Origin: a virus
Reading direction: 5' to 3' (one strand)
IMG/VR virus record: IMGVR_UViG_3300045988_113168
DNA length: 64,000 nucleotides
Below the pieces are notes generated by a model. It searched no databases and was not told where the DNA came from. It saw only the letters and a program-made list of their open reading frames with translations. Shown here piece by piece: positions 1-11,000 of the stretch; position 1 is the first letter of the stretch; every line of letters begins with the position of its first letter. The position numbers and the translations under genes were made by a program.

Positions 1-1
1 G

Positions 2-796
2 GTTGTTGACTCCGCTTCCATCCTCAAGATGACTGCTACCCAGGGCCTCACCGCCTTCTCGCAGAAGCGTGCCAAGGTTAAGGCTGCATCTCAGGGTCTG
101 ACCGGTGATGAAAAGGCAGTTAAGATTGAGGGTGCTGGCATGGAGCTCAAGGATTTCAATACTCTGAACTTCAAGGGTCAGTCTCTGATTTTGGATCTGA
201 ATGCATCTGGTGTGAACTACATCGTTGTTTGCCGAGAGAAGGACGAGAAGCATACTAAGGTTGTGAATGGTTCTATCGTAAGTGAGCCTACTGGTCGTAA
301 GATTCCTGATGGGTTTGCTGGTCAGGAGTACAACGTTGATACTGAGTTCCGCCTGTATTTTCAGGATGGTCAGCAGCTCGCTTTCTTCGATAAGGATCGT
401 ACCGGTATGCATAAGGGCGGTGAGGTCGTTGAGGATCTGACCCTGCTTGAGTATCAGGATATTATTTCTAGTAGCGCAAAGAATCGGGAGAACGTCATCA
501 AAAACGGCTTAAACGATGCTGTTAAGACTGAGGTTAAGCTGAGTATGCGTGACCTTGGTATCGAAAACGATGAGCCGGATGATGTTCCGGCAGATAAGAG
601 TTCCGATAGTAAAGAGCCTTCTATGGATGACATCAAGGCAAAGCTGAATGACCTGATTGCTTCCGCTTCTCCTATGAAGAAGAGTGCCGCACAGAAGGCT
701 GTTAAGGCGGCTGGCCTGTCTACCGCATTCCGTTCTATGACTGATATTGAGGAACTGAAGAAGGTTGCCGCAGTCATGGAGAAGGAACTGGCTTAA
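2..796 (+). CDS. AAA_24/Sak4-like recombination ATPase, 5' end cut by window edge
   Basis: The frame is open from nt 2 (VVDSASILK, a Walker-B-like hhhDS block). NYIVVCREKDE and VDTEFRLYF resemble AAA_24 family blocks. Lys/Asp-rich C-terminal tail. Confidence 0.5.
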   Translation, partial: VVDSASILKMTATQGLTAFSQKRAKVKAASQGLTGDEKAVKIEGAGMELKDFNTLNFKGQSLILDLNASGVNYIVVCREKDEKHTKVVNGSIVSEPTGRKIPDGFAGQEYNVDTEFRLYFQDGQQLAFFDKDRTGMHKGGEVVEDLTLLEYQDIISSSAKNRENVIKNGLNDAVKTEVKLSMRDLGIENDEPDDVPADKSSDSKEPSMDDIKAKLNDLIASASPMKKSAAQKAVKAAGLSTAFRSMTDIEELKKVAAVMEKELA

Positions 797-1488
797 TGGA
801 ACTAACCCGTAAATGCAAGATTTGCGGGAAGAATATTTTCATCGAGCGAGACCGTAGCACGTTTTTCTACGACAAGACGGGCTTTTGCCATAAAGATTGT
901 TTTGTAGAAAAAAAGAAAAATCAAAAACGCCCTTGGACAGATGACCTGCTAAGGGCATTTTTTGACAAAGCAAAACCCGCTACGGATAAAAAGGTCGATG
1001 ATCTTCTTTCCAAAAAGAGAGAACAAGACCACAATCGTGAGCTTGCACATATCAAACAGGAAGAAAAAAAGATTCTTTTCGACCATATTCGAGATACATA
1101 CGCCCCGGCGGTTGTTCCGGGTAGCTTCTACTCGAAACTTACGCAGTTGATTTCCGGGAATTATTACAAATATAGAGGTTCGATTCCTCCGCTAGAACTT
1201 TACGATATGTGGGTTCTAGCGAAACCCCGACTAGATAAAATAATTACCGAGAAAGAAGCAAAAGGTTTTGATATGAGTCAACGATGGAATTATGACTTGG
1301 CTGTTTTGCTGGCACAATATCCGAGTTATCTCGAACAAAAAGAGAGACAAGCTTCGATTCGTAGTGAATGCGAAAGTAAAACGAAGGAAAACCTGACGGA
1401 AACGGTACTGAAACGGATGAAAACAGTACCAAAACAGAGCAAAAACGAGAATGAAATTGATATAAATGCAATTCTCGATGAGATATAA
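796..1488 (+). CDS. hypothetical Zn-finger protein in the replication module
   Basis: ATG overlaps the upstream TAA (TAATG). N-terminal CKICG...CHKDC cysteine cluster. Packed between the ATPase and the helicase. Confidence 0.6.
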   Translation: MELTRKCKICGKNIFIERDRSTFFYDKTGFCHKDCFVEKKKNQKRPWTDDLLRAFFDKAKPATDKKVDDLLSKKREQDHNRELAHIKQEEKKILFDHIRDTYAPAVVPGSFYSKLTQLISGNYYKYRGSIPPLELYDMWVLAKPRLDKIITEKEAKGFDMSQRWNYDLAVLLAQYPSYLEQKERQASIRSECESKTKENLTETVLKRMKTVPKQSKNENEIDINAILDEI

Positions 1489-1509
1489 AAGCACGAGGGA
1501 GGTGGATGA

Positions 1510-3033
1510 GTGGAACTCATTTCAAATATCCCGAACGAAATTCTATTTGTCGGCGCAATTTACAAGCATCCTGACTATTTGGTCGAGTATGGGCATTATG
1601 TCAAGAGCAAGTACGATTTTGCCGATGAAGCAACAAAATTTTTCTACGATGCAGCGTTAATTATTTACGAAACTCGGACTCAAGAATTCAATAAAACATC
1701 TGTTTTAACGTTTATGGCTGAAGACGAGTCCAGATTGTCCCAATACAAGCGGCTGAAGGGCTGGTCAACCATTGAATACTACATGAGCCTTGCGAATGAC
1801 GATGACATCAAGGGATACTTCAATATCCTGAAGAAATATTCGCTACTTCGTGAGTATCAGAGAAACGGTTTTAACATTGAAGGAATCTTGAAGCATCGAC
1901 AGTTTGAAATGTTTGGCGCTCAGGACATTTACAAATTGATTCGTGGCAAGGCCGACAAGATCAATACGGTTATCATCACAAACGATGATGCTGAGATTTT
2001 GAATAATGGTCTGCTGCCAATGGTCAATGAACGTCTGAGCGTTCCTGATATGGGCTTGCCGTTCCAGTATCCTATCATGAATGATTTGTTTCGAGGATTG
2101 AAGCTGGGCACTGTGATGTTCAATGGTATGCCATCTAACGCTGGTAAGACTAGATACATGATGGCGATTGTTGCATACGTCACATTGGTTCAAAAGCAGA
2201 AAGCTCTTCTGCTTTTGAATGAGATGGATCTTGAGTCAGTCAGGTATTGCTTACTGGTCACCGCTATCAATAATCCCGAATTCCAAGAGTTGCATGGTCA
2301 TCGTTTCCATAAGGATGAGCGAGAGATCACTCTTGGAATGTACCGGGATGCAAATGGAAACTTCATCTTCCGAAAGCAAAACGAAGACGGGGAATACATA
2401 GAAAGCATTGATGAGTTCACCGCTCGTGTCTATGAGGAAAGCGAAGAGTATCGTAACGTACTTGATGTTTGCCGGTGGATTGAGAATGAATCACAGGGTT
2501 TGATTATCGCAAAGGATGTTTCTGCTGATTATAGTGATAAGTCCCTGCGATTTGAAATCCAGAAGGAAGCTCTCACTCAGGGGGTTAAGTATGTGTTCTA
2601 TGATACTCTAAAGAACGATATTGCATCTATTGGTGAATGGGCGGCATTCAAGGTCACGGCCACCGAGCTTGAAGAGATTGCGAAAAATCTAAAGATTTTT
2701 ATCTACGGTAGTATCCAGTTGGCTGAAAATGCCCATGAATATCTTCCTGATGAGCTGAATTCAAACAATATTGCTGAGTCAAAAATGATTAAGCATGTTG
2801 CTTGGACGATGGTTCTGTTCAAGGAGATTCCAAAAGACAAGTTCGTGAAATATCAATACATTTCTCATGACCCTGAGTGGGGTGGTGACTGTGCCCATCG
2901 GCTGAACCCAGATAAGCGGTATTACGTTGGAAACATCGACAAGAACCGTTTTGGTGAGAAAAAGAAAATCATGTTTGAAGTGAATTTGAACCAGAATGTC
3001 TGGAAAGAGGTCGGTGTCTGCACCAGAAAGTAA
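1510..3033 (+). CDS. DnaB-like replicative DNA helicase
   Basis: GTG start 7 nt after GGGAGGTGGA. N-terminal DnaB-type domain (EILFVGAIYKHPDY). Walker A GMPSNAGKT. RecA-like C-terminal domain. Confidence 0.85.
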   Translation: MELISNIPNEILFVGAIYKHPDYLVEYGHYVKSKYDFADEATKFFYDAALIIYETRTQEFNKTSVLTFMAEDESRLSQYKRLKGWSTIEYYMSLANDDDIKGYFNILKKYSLLREYQRNGFNIEGILKHRQFEMFGAQDIYKLIRGKADKINTVIITNDDAEILNNGLLPMVNERLSVPDMGLPFQYPIMNDLFRGLKLGTVMFNGMPSNAGKTRYMMAIVAYVTLVQKQKALLLLNEMDLESVRYCLLVTAINNPEFQELHGHRFHKDEREITLGMYRDANGNFIFRKQNEDGEYIESIDEFTARVYEESEEYRNVLDVCRWIENESQGLIIAKDVSADYSDKSLRFEIQKEALTQGVKYVFYDTLKNDIASIGEWAAFKVTATELEEIAKNLKIFIYGSIQLAENAHEYLPDELNSNNIAESKMIKHVAWTMVLFKEIPKDKFVKYQYISHDPEWGGDCAHRLNPDKRYYVGNIDKNRFGEKKKIMFEVNLNQNVWKEVGVCTRK

Positions 3034-3042
3034 GGAACTACA

Positions 3043-4065
3043 ATGGTAAATATCGCAGATTTGAAAAATTACATTCTTGAAGAACAGCAGATTGAACCGA
3101 TTCTGGAGGAACTTGGTTGTCATCATATCAGTCACAAGACTGGTTATTACCAGTGTGCAAATCCAGATGGTGACAATAGAACGGCACTCTGCGTTTACGA
3201 GAATGAAAATCTTACTGCGGTAGATTACACACGAGATATTGCCAATGGAAAGACCAGTTATGATTTGATTTCTGTCGTCCAGTTTTTTCTGGAACTGTCT
3301 TTCCCAAAAGCCATCAAGCAAATCTGCGAATGGGTTGGGCTTGATTACTATCACAACTTCGAGGAAGACCTTCCTAAAAGTATGTTGATTCTAAAAGAGC
3401 TCATTGCCATGCAAAATGAAGGTGAAGAACACGAGGATGACCGTCCGATAGTCCCAATTTCCGAAGCCATCCTCGGTTATTACAAACCTTATGTGAACCA
3501 GATTTTTGCTGACGATGGGATATCTTATGAGACGCAGCAGGAGTTTGAGATTGGCTTTGATGAACTGACAAATAGAATCACGATTCCAATCAGAGATGAA
3601 ATTGGTACTCTGGTTGGTGTAAAGGGAAGATATTTCGGTAAGCCGCCCGAAGGTGAATTGAAGTATCTGTATCTTGAGCCGTGTGCCAGAAACCGTATTC
3701 TGTATGGCCTGTACAAAACAGAGCCTTATATCAAGAATAAAGGTCTGGTATATGTTGGTGAGGCTGAAAAGTCTGTTATGCAGATGTGGAATATGGATGT
3801 CTTCAACTGTGTGGCGACTGGCGGCAAGAAGGTTTCACAAAATCAAATTGAAATTTTAACACGTATTTGCGTTGATATTTGTTTTGTCTTTGATAAAGAC
3901 GTTCGGATTAGTGAGCTTATGGTTCTCGCCAATCGATTTGTCGATGGCGTAAGTGTGTATGCTGTAGTAGACGATAAGGGGATTCTGGATGAAAAGGAAG
4001 CCCCGACTGACAATCCTGAAAAATTTAAGGCATTGATTGAGAATTGTGTTAGGAGAATTAAATGA
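3043..4065 (+). CDS. DNA primase (Toprim domain, DnaG-like)
   Basis: N-terminal Cys/His cluster. Toprim acidic motifs VGEAEKS and FVFDKD. Sits directly after the helicase. Confidence 0.7.
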   Translation: MVNIADLKNYILEEQQIEPILEELGCHHISHKTGYYQCANPDGDNRTALCVYENENLTAVDYTRDIANGKTSYDLISVVQFFLELSFPKAIKQICEWVGLDYYHNFEEDLPKSMLILKELIAMQNEGEEHEDDRPIVPISEAILGYYKPYVNQIFADDGISYETQQEFEIGFDELTNRITIPIRDEIGTLVGVKGRYFGKPPEGELKYLYLEPCARNRILYGLYKTEPYIKNKGLVYVGEAEKSVMQMWNMDVFNCVATGGKKVSQNQIEILTRICVDICFVFDKDVRISELMVLANRFVDGVSVYAVVDDKGILDEKEAPTDNPEKFKALIENCVRRIK

Positions 4066-5786
4066 ATGTAAAACTCTGGAAGGGGAGTAGGAACGACCTA
4101 TCAGATCCAATTGGAACGATTATGGAGAATAGAGGAGTCAAGGATTATAAGACCTACATGGATCTGGATGATTCTTGCTTGAGTTCTCCGTGGGAACTGG
4201 ACAACATGGAAGATGCTGTCAGGCTGTTGAACAAACATATCTGGAATAAGTCTATTATCTCTATCCTTGTAGACTGTGATGTGGATGGATTCACAAGTGC
4301 TGCAATGATGTTTCAGTATTTGAAGACGATTGGTTATTTTGGAAAAATCAATGTTCTGTATCATAGTGGCAAGGAACATGGACTCTCTAAAGAAATTGAG
4401 GTTCCACCTGAAACTACCTTGCTGATTATTCCTGATGCTGGCAGCAACGACGTTGAGCAGTGTAAGGAACTCCGTGAAAAGGGCATTGATATTTTAATTC
4501 TTGACCATCATATCTGTGATAGAGAAAACCCTTACGCAGTAATTGTCAACAACCAGAACGGTACATATCCTAATAAGGAATTATCTGGCGCTGGCGTGGT
4601 GTATAAGTTTCTTCAGGCTGTTGATGAATATAATTGGACTGATGTTGCAGACCGATATCTTGATCTGGTTGCTGTCGGAAACATTGGTGATGTCATGGAT
4701 ATGCACTCACACGAGACAAAACGTCTTTGCACGAAAGGTCTTGCACGAATTGTAAATCCGATGATTTGCGCTCTGATTGAGGCAAATAGTTTCAATATCA
4801 AGGGCGACCCGACTATCAATGATGTTCAGTTCTACATTGTTCCAATGATGAACGCATTGATTCGTGTTGGCGCATCTGAGCAAAAAAAGCGGATGTTCCG
4901 TGCGATGGTCGGTGAAGAACAGACATTCCAGTATACTCCGACTCGTGGTAAGAATGCTGGTGTCACGATTGATGAAACTCTGGCGCAGCATGTGGCTCGT
5001 GAGTGTTCCTCTTGCAAGTATCAGCAGAATAAAATCAAGGACAAGGCTGTTGGAGAGCTTCAGAAGTTAATTGAAAAGCACGGTGCAGACCAGAATAAGA
5101 TTCTTTTCTGTAACTCTACAGGTATTCTTGATAACACTCTGACCGGTGTTGTAGCAATCAAGCTGGCTGAAATGTACGCAAAACCGTGTGTGTTGCTTCG
5201 TACTTTTACTGATGAACCGGACTATTATGGTGGTTCAATGAGAAATCCTGACGGTTCTCCGATTGAAAGCCTAAAGGAATTCTTGATGAGCACCGGAGAT
5301 TTTGAATCGGTTCTTGGTCACGACAATGCTGCTGGTGTGAAAATCAAGAAAGAAAACGTGCCAAAGGCTATTGCAGACTGTGATGAACTGCTTAAAGATG
5401 TCACTATGAGTAAGGCAATCGTGGTTGACTTTGATTTTGATTACAATAAATTGAACGTTGCATTGCCGAAAACGATGTATGAGATGCACAAAATCTGGGC
5501 ACAAGGAATTTCCGAGCCGTATTTCTACATTAAAAATATTCCGCTGATTCATAGTGGATGTGCTCCGATGGGCAAGAACGGCAATATGTGGAAGTATTCT
5601 GACGAAGAAAAAGGCATTGATTTTGTGTGTTTTAATGACAATGGCCGGATGATTGGCTGGATTAACAATGACTTCTATGGTGGTCAAGAAGAAAAATACA
5701 TCAATGCTGTATGCCGGTTGTCTTTGAATCAGTATGGAAACAAGGTGACTCCGCAGGCACAGATTGTTGATTTTGAGGTGATTTGA
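4062..5786 (+). CDS. DHH-family phosphoesterase, RecJ-like ssDNA exonuclease
   Basis: DHH motifs DCDVDG, IIPDAGSND and LILDHH. GGH-like region in the C-terminal half (GHDNAAG). Confidence 0.8.
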   Translation: MNVKLWKGSRNDLSDPIGTIMENRGVKDYKTYMDLDDSCLSSPWELDNMEDAVRLLNKHIWNKSIISILVDCDVDGFTSAAMMFQYLKTIGYFGKINVLYHSGKEHGLSKEIEVPPETTLLIIPDAGSNDVEQCKELREKGIDILILDHHICDRENPYAVIVNNQNGTYPNKELSGAGVVYKFLQAVDEYNWTDVADRYLDLVAVGNIGDVMDMHSHETKRLCTKGLARIVNPMICALIEANSFNIKGDPTINDVQFYIVPMMNALIRVGASEQKKRMFRAMVGEEQTFQYTPTRGKNAGVTIDETLAQHVARECSSCKYQQNKIKDKAVGELQKLIEKHGADQNKILFCNSTGILDNTLTGVVAIKLAEMYAKPCVLLRTFTDEPDYYGGSMRNPDGSPIESLKEFLMSTGDFESVLGHDNAAGVKIKKENVPKAIADCDELLKDVTMSKAIVVDFDFDYNKLNVALPKTMYEMHKIWAQGISEPYFYIKNIPLIHSGCAPMGKNGNMWKYSDEEKGIDFVCFNDNGRMIGWINNDFYGGQEEKYINAVCRLSLNQYGNKVTPQAQIVDFEVI

Positions 5787-5787
5787 T

Positions 5788-6129
5788 ATGGGAAATCTGA
5801 AGCGTGCTATTGCCATCGACTTTGATGGCACTCTCTGTGAGAATAATTATCCCGATATTGGTGAGCCAAACTGGAATGTCATTTATCAAGCAATTCAGGA
5901 ACAGAAGCACGGTGCTGGTCTGATTCTCTGGACTTGCCGTGAAGGAAAGCTTTTGTATGATGCAATGGAGGCTTGCTTTGATTGGGGTATTCAGTTTGAT
6001 GCAATCAATGAGAGTCTTCCTGAGTGGAAAGAGCATTTTGGCACTGCTCCTAGAAAGGTTGGAGCTGATGAATATTGGGACGATAAAGCTAAAGTTGTAA
6101 AGAATGGAGAGTTGATTGATAATGAATAA
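5788..6129 (+). CDS. small HAD-superfamily hydrolase-like protein
   Basis: N-terminal IAIDFDGTL (DxDGT motif I of the HAD fold). Confidence 0.55.
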   Translation: MGNLKRAIAIDFDGTLCENNYPDIGEPNWNVIYQAIQEQKHGAGLILWTCREGKLLYDAMEACFDWGIQFDAINESLPEWKEHFGTAPRKVGADEYWDDKAKVVKNGELIDNE

Positions 6130-6427
6130 AGTGGATAATTACGATTTGTCATTAAATTTGCTTGACAAAGCACATCAATCACTTGCACATACTATTGCAG
6201 ATTTAGAACTACTTCGGGAAGGCACAGCATTTAATCAGATTTTAAATGATGGTGCTCATATTATTGAACCGGATGAATTGACTCATATTCTTGATAAATT
6301 TGCAGAGCAGCATCCAGATTGGGAGATTTGTATCGAAACTGACCACGGATCGGTTAGTGAGAAATTTAAGATGGATCATGTTTTCTATGAAGGTATGGGA
6401 GATATGATTGTTCTTGATTTTGAATGA
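6122..6427 (+). CDS. hypothetical protein
   Basis: ATG about 10 nt after GGAGAG; operon packing. Confidence 0.5.
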   Translation: MNKVDNYDLSLNLLDKAHQSLAHTIADLELLREGTAFNQILNDGAHIIEPDELTHILDKFAEQHPDWEICIETDHGSVSEKFKMDHVFYEGMGDMIVLDFE

Positions 6428-6430
6428 AAA

Positions 6431-6679
6431 ATGGAAAAACGACGATATAGATATTACAAAATTGATTACCGTACATATAATTATACGCTCAAGAAATATC
6501 ACAACTTACACAGAGAAATCTACGCTGAAAATGCAAGAGATGCAGTTAAAATGCTAAAAAGCAAAGAGTGTAATCGTGAGTTTGAGATTGTTAAAGTCTA
6601 CTTTGTTGATATTTTCGGTGATAGAAACGATAGGTTTTATCCACGAACTTATGTGATTGATAAAGAAGATTTTGAGTGA
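6431..6679 (+). CDS. hypothetical protein
   Basis: 82-aa ORF packed directly after the previous stop. Confidence 0.5.
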   Translation: MEKRRYRYYKIDYRTYNYTLKKYHNLHREIYAENARDAVKMLKSKECNREFEIVKVYFVDIFGDRNDRFYPRTYVIDKEDFE

Positions 6680-6688
6680 GGTGAGTAT

Positions 6689-7450
6689 ATGGTTTACATT
6701 ACAGGCGATATTCATGGTGACTTTAATCGGTTTTTAGAATTGGAAAAGTTTTGCCATGAACACAATCTTGGAAAGAATGACTGGATTGTCTGCCTTGGCG
6801 ATGTCGGTTTGAACTATTACGGCAAGGACGACCCTCGCGAATGGAGTATAAAAACTATCGCCGCAGATATTCCTGCAAATCTGTTTTGTATTCATGGCAA
6901 CCACGAGCGCCGCCCGTCTCGTAAGGATGGTTATAGGACAAAGGAAATCAGTGGAGATATTTGTGGTAATGTGTGGTATGACCCACATTATCCAAATCAG
7001 TATTTTGCTATTGATGGCGAAGTCTATCAAATTCTTGCTGATAGGGAAGTATTAAACTGTCTTGTTTGCGGCGGAGCCTATTCTGTAGATAAATATTATC
7101 GGTTGGAACGTGGATATAATTGGTTTCCTGATGAACAGCCGAGTGAGAAGACTAAGAAAAAGATCTGGAATATTACACACGATCCTCAAATCGATGATAT
7201 TGATGTTATGCTCACGCATACCTGTCCATTCCGGTTCATTCCAACTGGATTGTTTATTGGTGGTATTGACCAAAGCACAGTAGACCAGTCAACTGAAATA
7301 TTCTTTGATAATATATACGAATGCTATCCTAACGATTGTAAACCGTTCTGGTATTTTGGTCACTTCCATGGCAATAAATACACTGACGATTATGTAATGC
7401 TTTTTGATGATATTATTAAGTTTGGAGATAAAGTGAAGAGTGATGAGTGA
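6689..7450 (+). CDS. calcineurin-like metallophosphoesterase
   Basis: Motifs GDIHGD, GDVGLN and GNHE in canonical order. Confidence 0.85.
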   Translation: MVYITGDIHGDFNRFLELEKFCHEHNLGKNDWIVCLGDVGLNYYGKDDPREWSIKTIAADIPANLFCIHGNHERRPSRKDGYRTKEISGDICGNVWYDPHYPNQYFAIDGEVYQILADREVLNCLVCGGAYSVDKYYRLERGYNWFPDEQPSEKTKKKIWNITHDPQIDDIDVMLTHTCPFRFIPTGLFIGGIDQSTVDQSTEIFFDNIYECYPNDCKPFWYFGHFHGNKYTDDYVMLFDDIIKFGDKVKSDE

Positions 7451-7685
7451 ATATCATGTGAGCTGTGGAATGTTTGGTATTTACGCAGGAACTGTTAAGA
7501 AGAATGGCACGGAATGGAAAGACAAAACTCGTGTTACAGACGAAGCTATTGAAGCAGTTCGTGATTGGCTTCTTTCTGAGGCCCAGTTCAACAATAGAAC
7601 TTTTGGTGGATACACATGGACAACAAAGGACGGTAAGACTGTAACTTTGAGAGTGTCCATCGAAGATAAGGAGCAGGCAGAATGA
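7443..7685 (+). CDS. hypothetical protein
   Basis: ATG overlaps the end of the upstream gene; 80 aa. Confidence 0.5.
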   Translation: MSEYHVSCGMFGIYAGTVKKNGTEWKDKTRVTDEAIEAVRDWLLSEAQFNNRTFGGYTWTTKDGKTVTLRVSIEDKEQAE

Positions 7686-8005
7686 TCAAAGATAAAAATT
7701 TACGAGTGCTTGATTATATTGATGGCAAAGAAATCCTCATTCAGATGGGTGAGGAAGGTTCTGAACTGTCAAAAGCTGCGATAAAGTTTTATCGTGCAAT
7801 TGACATGAAGAACCCGACACCTGTAAGTATCAATGAAGCTTACGAAAATCTCGTAGAAGAATTCGGTGATGTGCTGAATTGTATCTACGCATACTATGAT
7901 GATGACGAGGATTGCATCTTGGCGTTTACATCGAAAGCGAATGAGATTGCTAACGAGAAGCGCAAGCGCTGGATTAAGCGCTTGAAGGAACGTAATCAGT
8001 TTTAA
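7682..8005 (+). CDS. MazG-like nucleotide pyrophosphohydrolase domain protein
   Basis: EEGSEL ... EEFGDVLN resembles the MazG EExxE/ExxD helices. ATGA overlap with the upstream gene. Confidence 0.5.
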   Translation: MIKDKNLRVLDYIDGKEILIQMGEEGSELSKAAIKFYRAIDMKNPTPVSINEAYENLVEEFGDVLNCIYAYYDDDEDCILAFTSKANEIANEKRKRWIKRLKERNQF

Positions 8006-8022
8006 TGGTAAAAGGAGAATAG

Positions 8023-11000
8023 ATGTCAGATAATTTTGTAAATCTTCATGTACATACAGCGCAGGGTTCGTTACTTGACTCTATTCTTACCGTCAAGGAA
8101 CTTGTAGACTTTGCCAAAGAGAATGGTCAGAAGGCTATTGCTGTTACGGATCATGGCAAGATGCACTCTTTCGTTGACCAAGTTAAGGCTTGTAAAGCAG
8201 AAGGTATTAAGCCTATCATCGGCTGTGAAGTCTATGAAGTAGATAATCAGGCAGAGAAAGCCGATACAAAAGACTATAAACAACCTCGTTACCATCTTGT
8301 TTTACTAGCAAAGAACGAGACCGGTTTAAAAAATCTATTTAAGATTGTTTCAAATGCTTGCGTTGATGGTATGTATAAAAAGCCTCGAACTTCTTTGAAT
8401 ATTATTGAACAGAACGAGTGGGGTAAAGGTATCATCTGTCTTACAGCCTGCCAAGTTGGTCGAATGAGTAGATTGCTTGTTGATGGCAACGAGACTGAAG
8501 CATGGCAGTTATGGAACAAACTGAAATGGATCTTTGATGACGTGTTTATGGAAGTTCAGTCTCATGATACGCCAGATCAGGCTGAAGCTAATGCCAAAAT
8601 TGCAGCTTTTATCAAAAAGTACAATATTCCGTATACCATTACAACTGATGCTCATATGCTTTCCAAGGAAGATGTTGATGCACATTCAGTTTTTGTAGAA
8701 ATTGGAGAAGGACGAGAAGTTGGAGAAAGTTATGTTGACTGCTATCTTCAGACCGAAGACGATGTGCTGAGAACACTTTCAAAGCAGTTTGATGAAGACT
8801 TCATCCGAGAAGGCTGCTCAATGTCTGTGAAGATTGCAGATATGATTGATAATATTGACATTGGCCTCGGTCAGCCGAATCAGATGCCCGAAGTGAAAAT
8901 TGAAGGTGAATTTGATTCGCATCTGGATTACCTGCGTTACCTCGTTTATTCTACTTTTGATGAAAAATTCGGATGGATGAGTAAAGAAGAACAGCAAACC
9001 CGGCGGGATAGAATTGAGATGGAGCTTGACGTTCTTGAATACGTTGACTACATCGATTACTTCATTATGCTATATATGCTTTGCAAGGTGGCTGATGAAC
9101 GAGGTATCCCTCGCGGCTATTCTCGTGGTTCTGGTGCAAACTGTCTATGTCTATTTATGTTAAACGTTACGCAGATTGATTCTGTTCGTTGGGATCTTGA
9201 CTTCTCTCGTTTTGCAAATAAAGGTCGTAAGAGTCTCGCAGACTTCGACTTTGATATTAGCCGTCGTCGTCGCAAAGAACTTGTTTCTATTGCAGAAGAG
9301 CTTTTTGGAAAAGAGAGTGTAGCACCAATCGCAACTTTTAATTCTCTGTCTACAAAGGTTGCCATTAAGGATATTGGCAAGGTACTGAACGAAGATCCAG
9401 AAAGCCCATATTATATGCAGATTCCGTATGAATTGCGAAATGAAGTTGCTAAGTTGATTCCGACCGTGAAAACATTGGATGATCTCGGAGAAGAAGTTGA
9501 GAAGGAAGTTCTATTGAAGGACATTCTTGGAAAAAGCGAGCAGCTTTCTAATGTGTATGATAAGTTTCCTCTGTGGTTTAAGTACGTTATGCGACTTGAA
9601 GGTTTACCGAAGAGTATGGGTCGCCATGCTGCAGGAACTTTGATTACGCCTAAGCCTGTTATTGAATATTGTCCTCTCTGTATGGATAGAGAAGGTAATC
9701 AGATGTGTCAGCTTGAAATGCACAATGCAATGGACGACTTATCGTTGGTCAAGATGGATTTTCTTGGTCTTGAAAATTTGGACACGATTGATGACACATT
9801 AAAGATGGCCGGTCTAACTTGGAAGGATGTTGACATCAACCATCTCGACCTAAACGATAAGGCAGTCTACGACGCAGTTTATAAGTCTGGACACACAATT
9901 GGTATTTTTCAGATGGAGTCTGCTGAAGCTCGAAAGATGTGTGTTGAAGCAAAATGTGACAACGCCGAGGATATCATTGTTGTGAATGCAGCAAACCGCC
10001 CTGGTACTAAGGACAGCTTCCCGACGTATTGTTCCAATAAGCTTTACCCAGAAACTATCAAACTACTTCATCCTGATATCAAACAGCTTTTTGCCAAGAC
10101 TCAGTACATTCTTCTTTATCAGGAACAGGCTCTGGCAGTATTTCGTTATGCAGGATTCCCTGAAACTGAGGTTGACAATGCTCGTCGTGCAATTGGTAAG
10201 AAAAAGAAAGATGTTATGGCATCCTTGGAGGTCCAGTTTAGAGATGGTCTTCACAAAAAAGGATGGAACGATTATCAGATCTCTGAGATGTGGGCATTGA
10301 TCTTGAAACAGGCTTCTTATTCCTTCAACCGGGGCCACGCAGTTGCTTATGGACTTCTTTCTTACCTGACAGCATACCTGAAGACTCATTATACTGAGTA
10401 TTTCATGGCTGCGTGTATGATTACTAAAGAAGATGATTCTGGCAAAATGGGTGTGTTCATCAATGAATGTGACCGTCTACATATTCGGGTCCTTCCTCCA
10501 AGTGTTAACAAGTCTGATATGGAATTTAAGGCCGATGCAGAAAAGCACACAATTCTGTTTGGCTTGAAAGCCATTAAAGGAATGGGTGAGAGTGTCGCAT
10601 CAGGGGTGATTGCAGACCGTCCATATTCTGGATTGGCAGACTTTGTTCAGAGAGCAAACGGTGGCAAGATTGGCACTTCAAACGTTGTCAAGTTGATTAA
10701 GGCGGGAGCTATTCCAACAAAAGACAAGAGAAAAATCTTAATCACTTTTGCAAATATGGTTTTTGAGAACGAGTATAAAGAGAAAGGTTTCCACGAAATG
10801 GCATCTCTCCCCAAGATCTCTATTCTCAAAGATGAATACGGAATTGACACAGATTCTATTAAAGACAAACCTACCAGACTCGCCTTATATAATAAGGTAA
10901 GAAGGGAGCGCTGGGAAGCGGACTCATGGAATCGGAAGAAAGAAAAAGACAAAAAGCGGAATGCCTTTATGCAGGCGTTTGCTGAAAAGTATATGCAAGA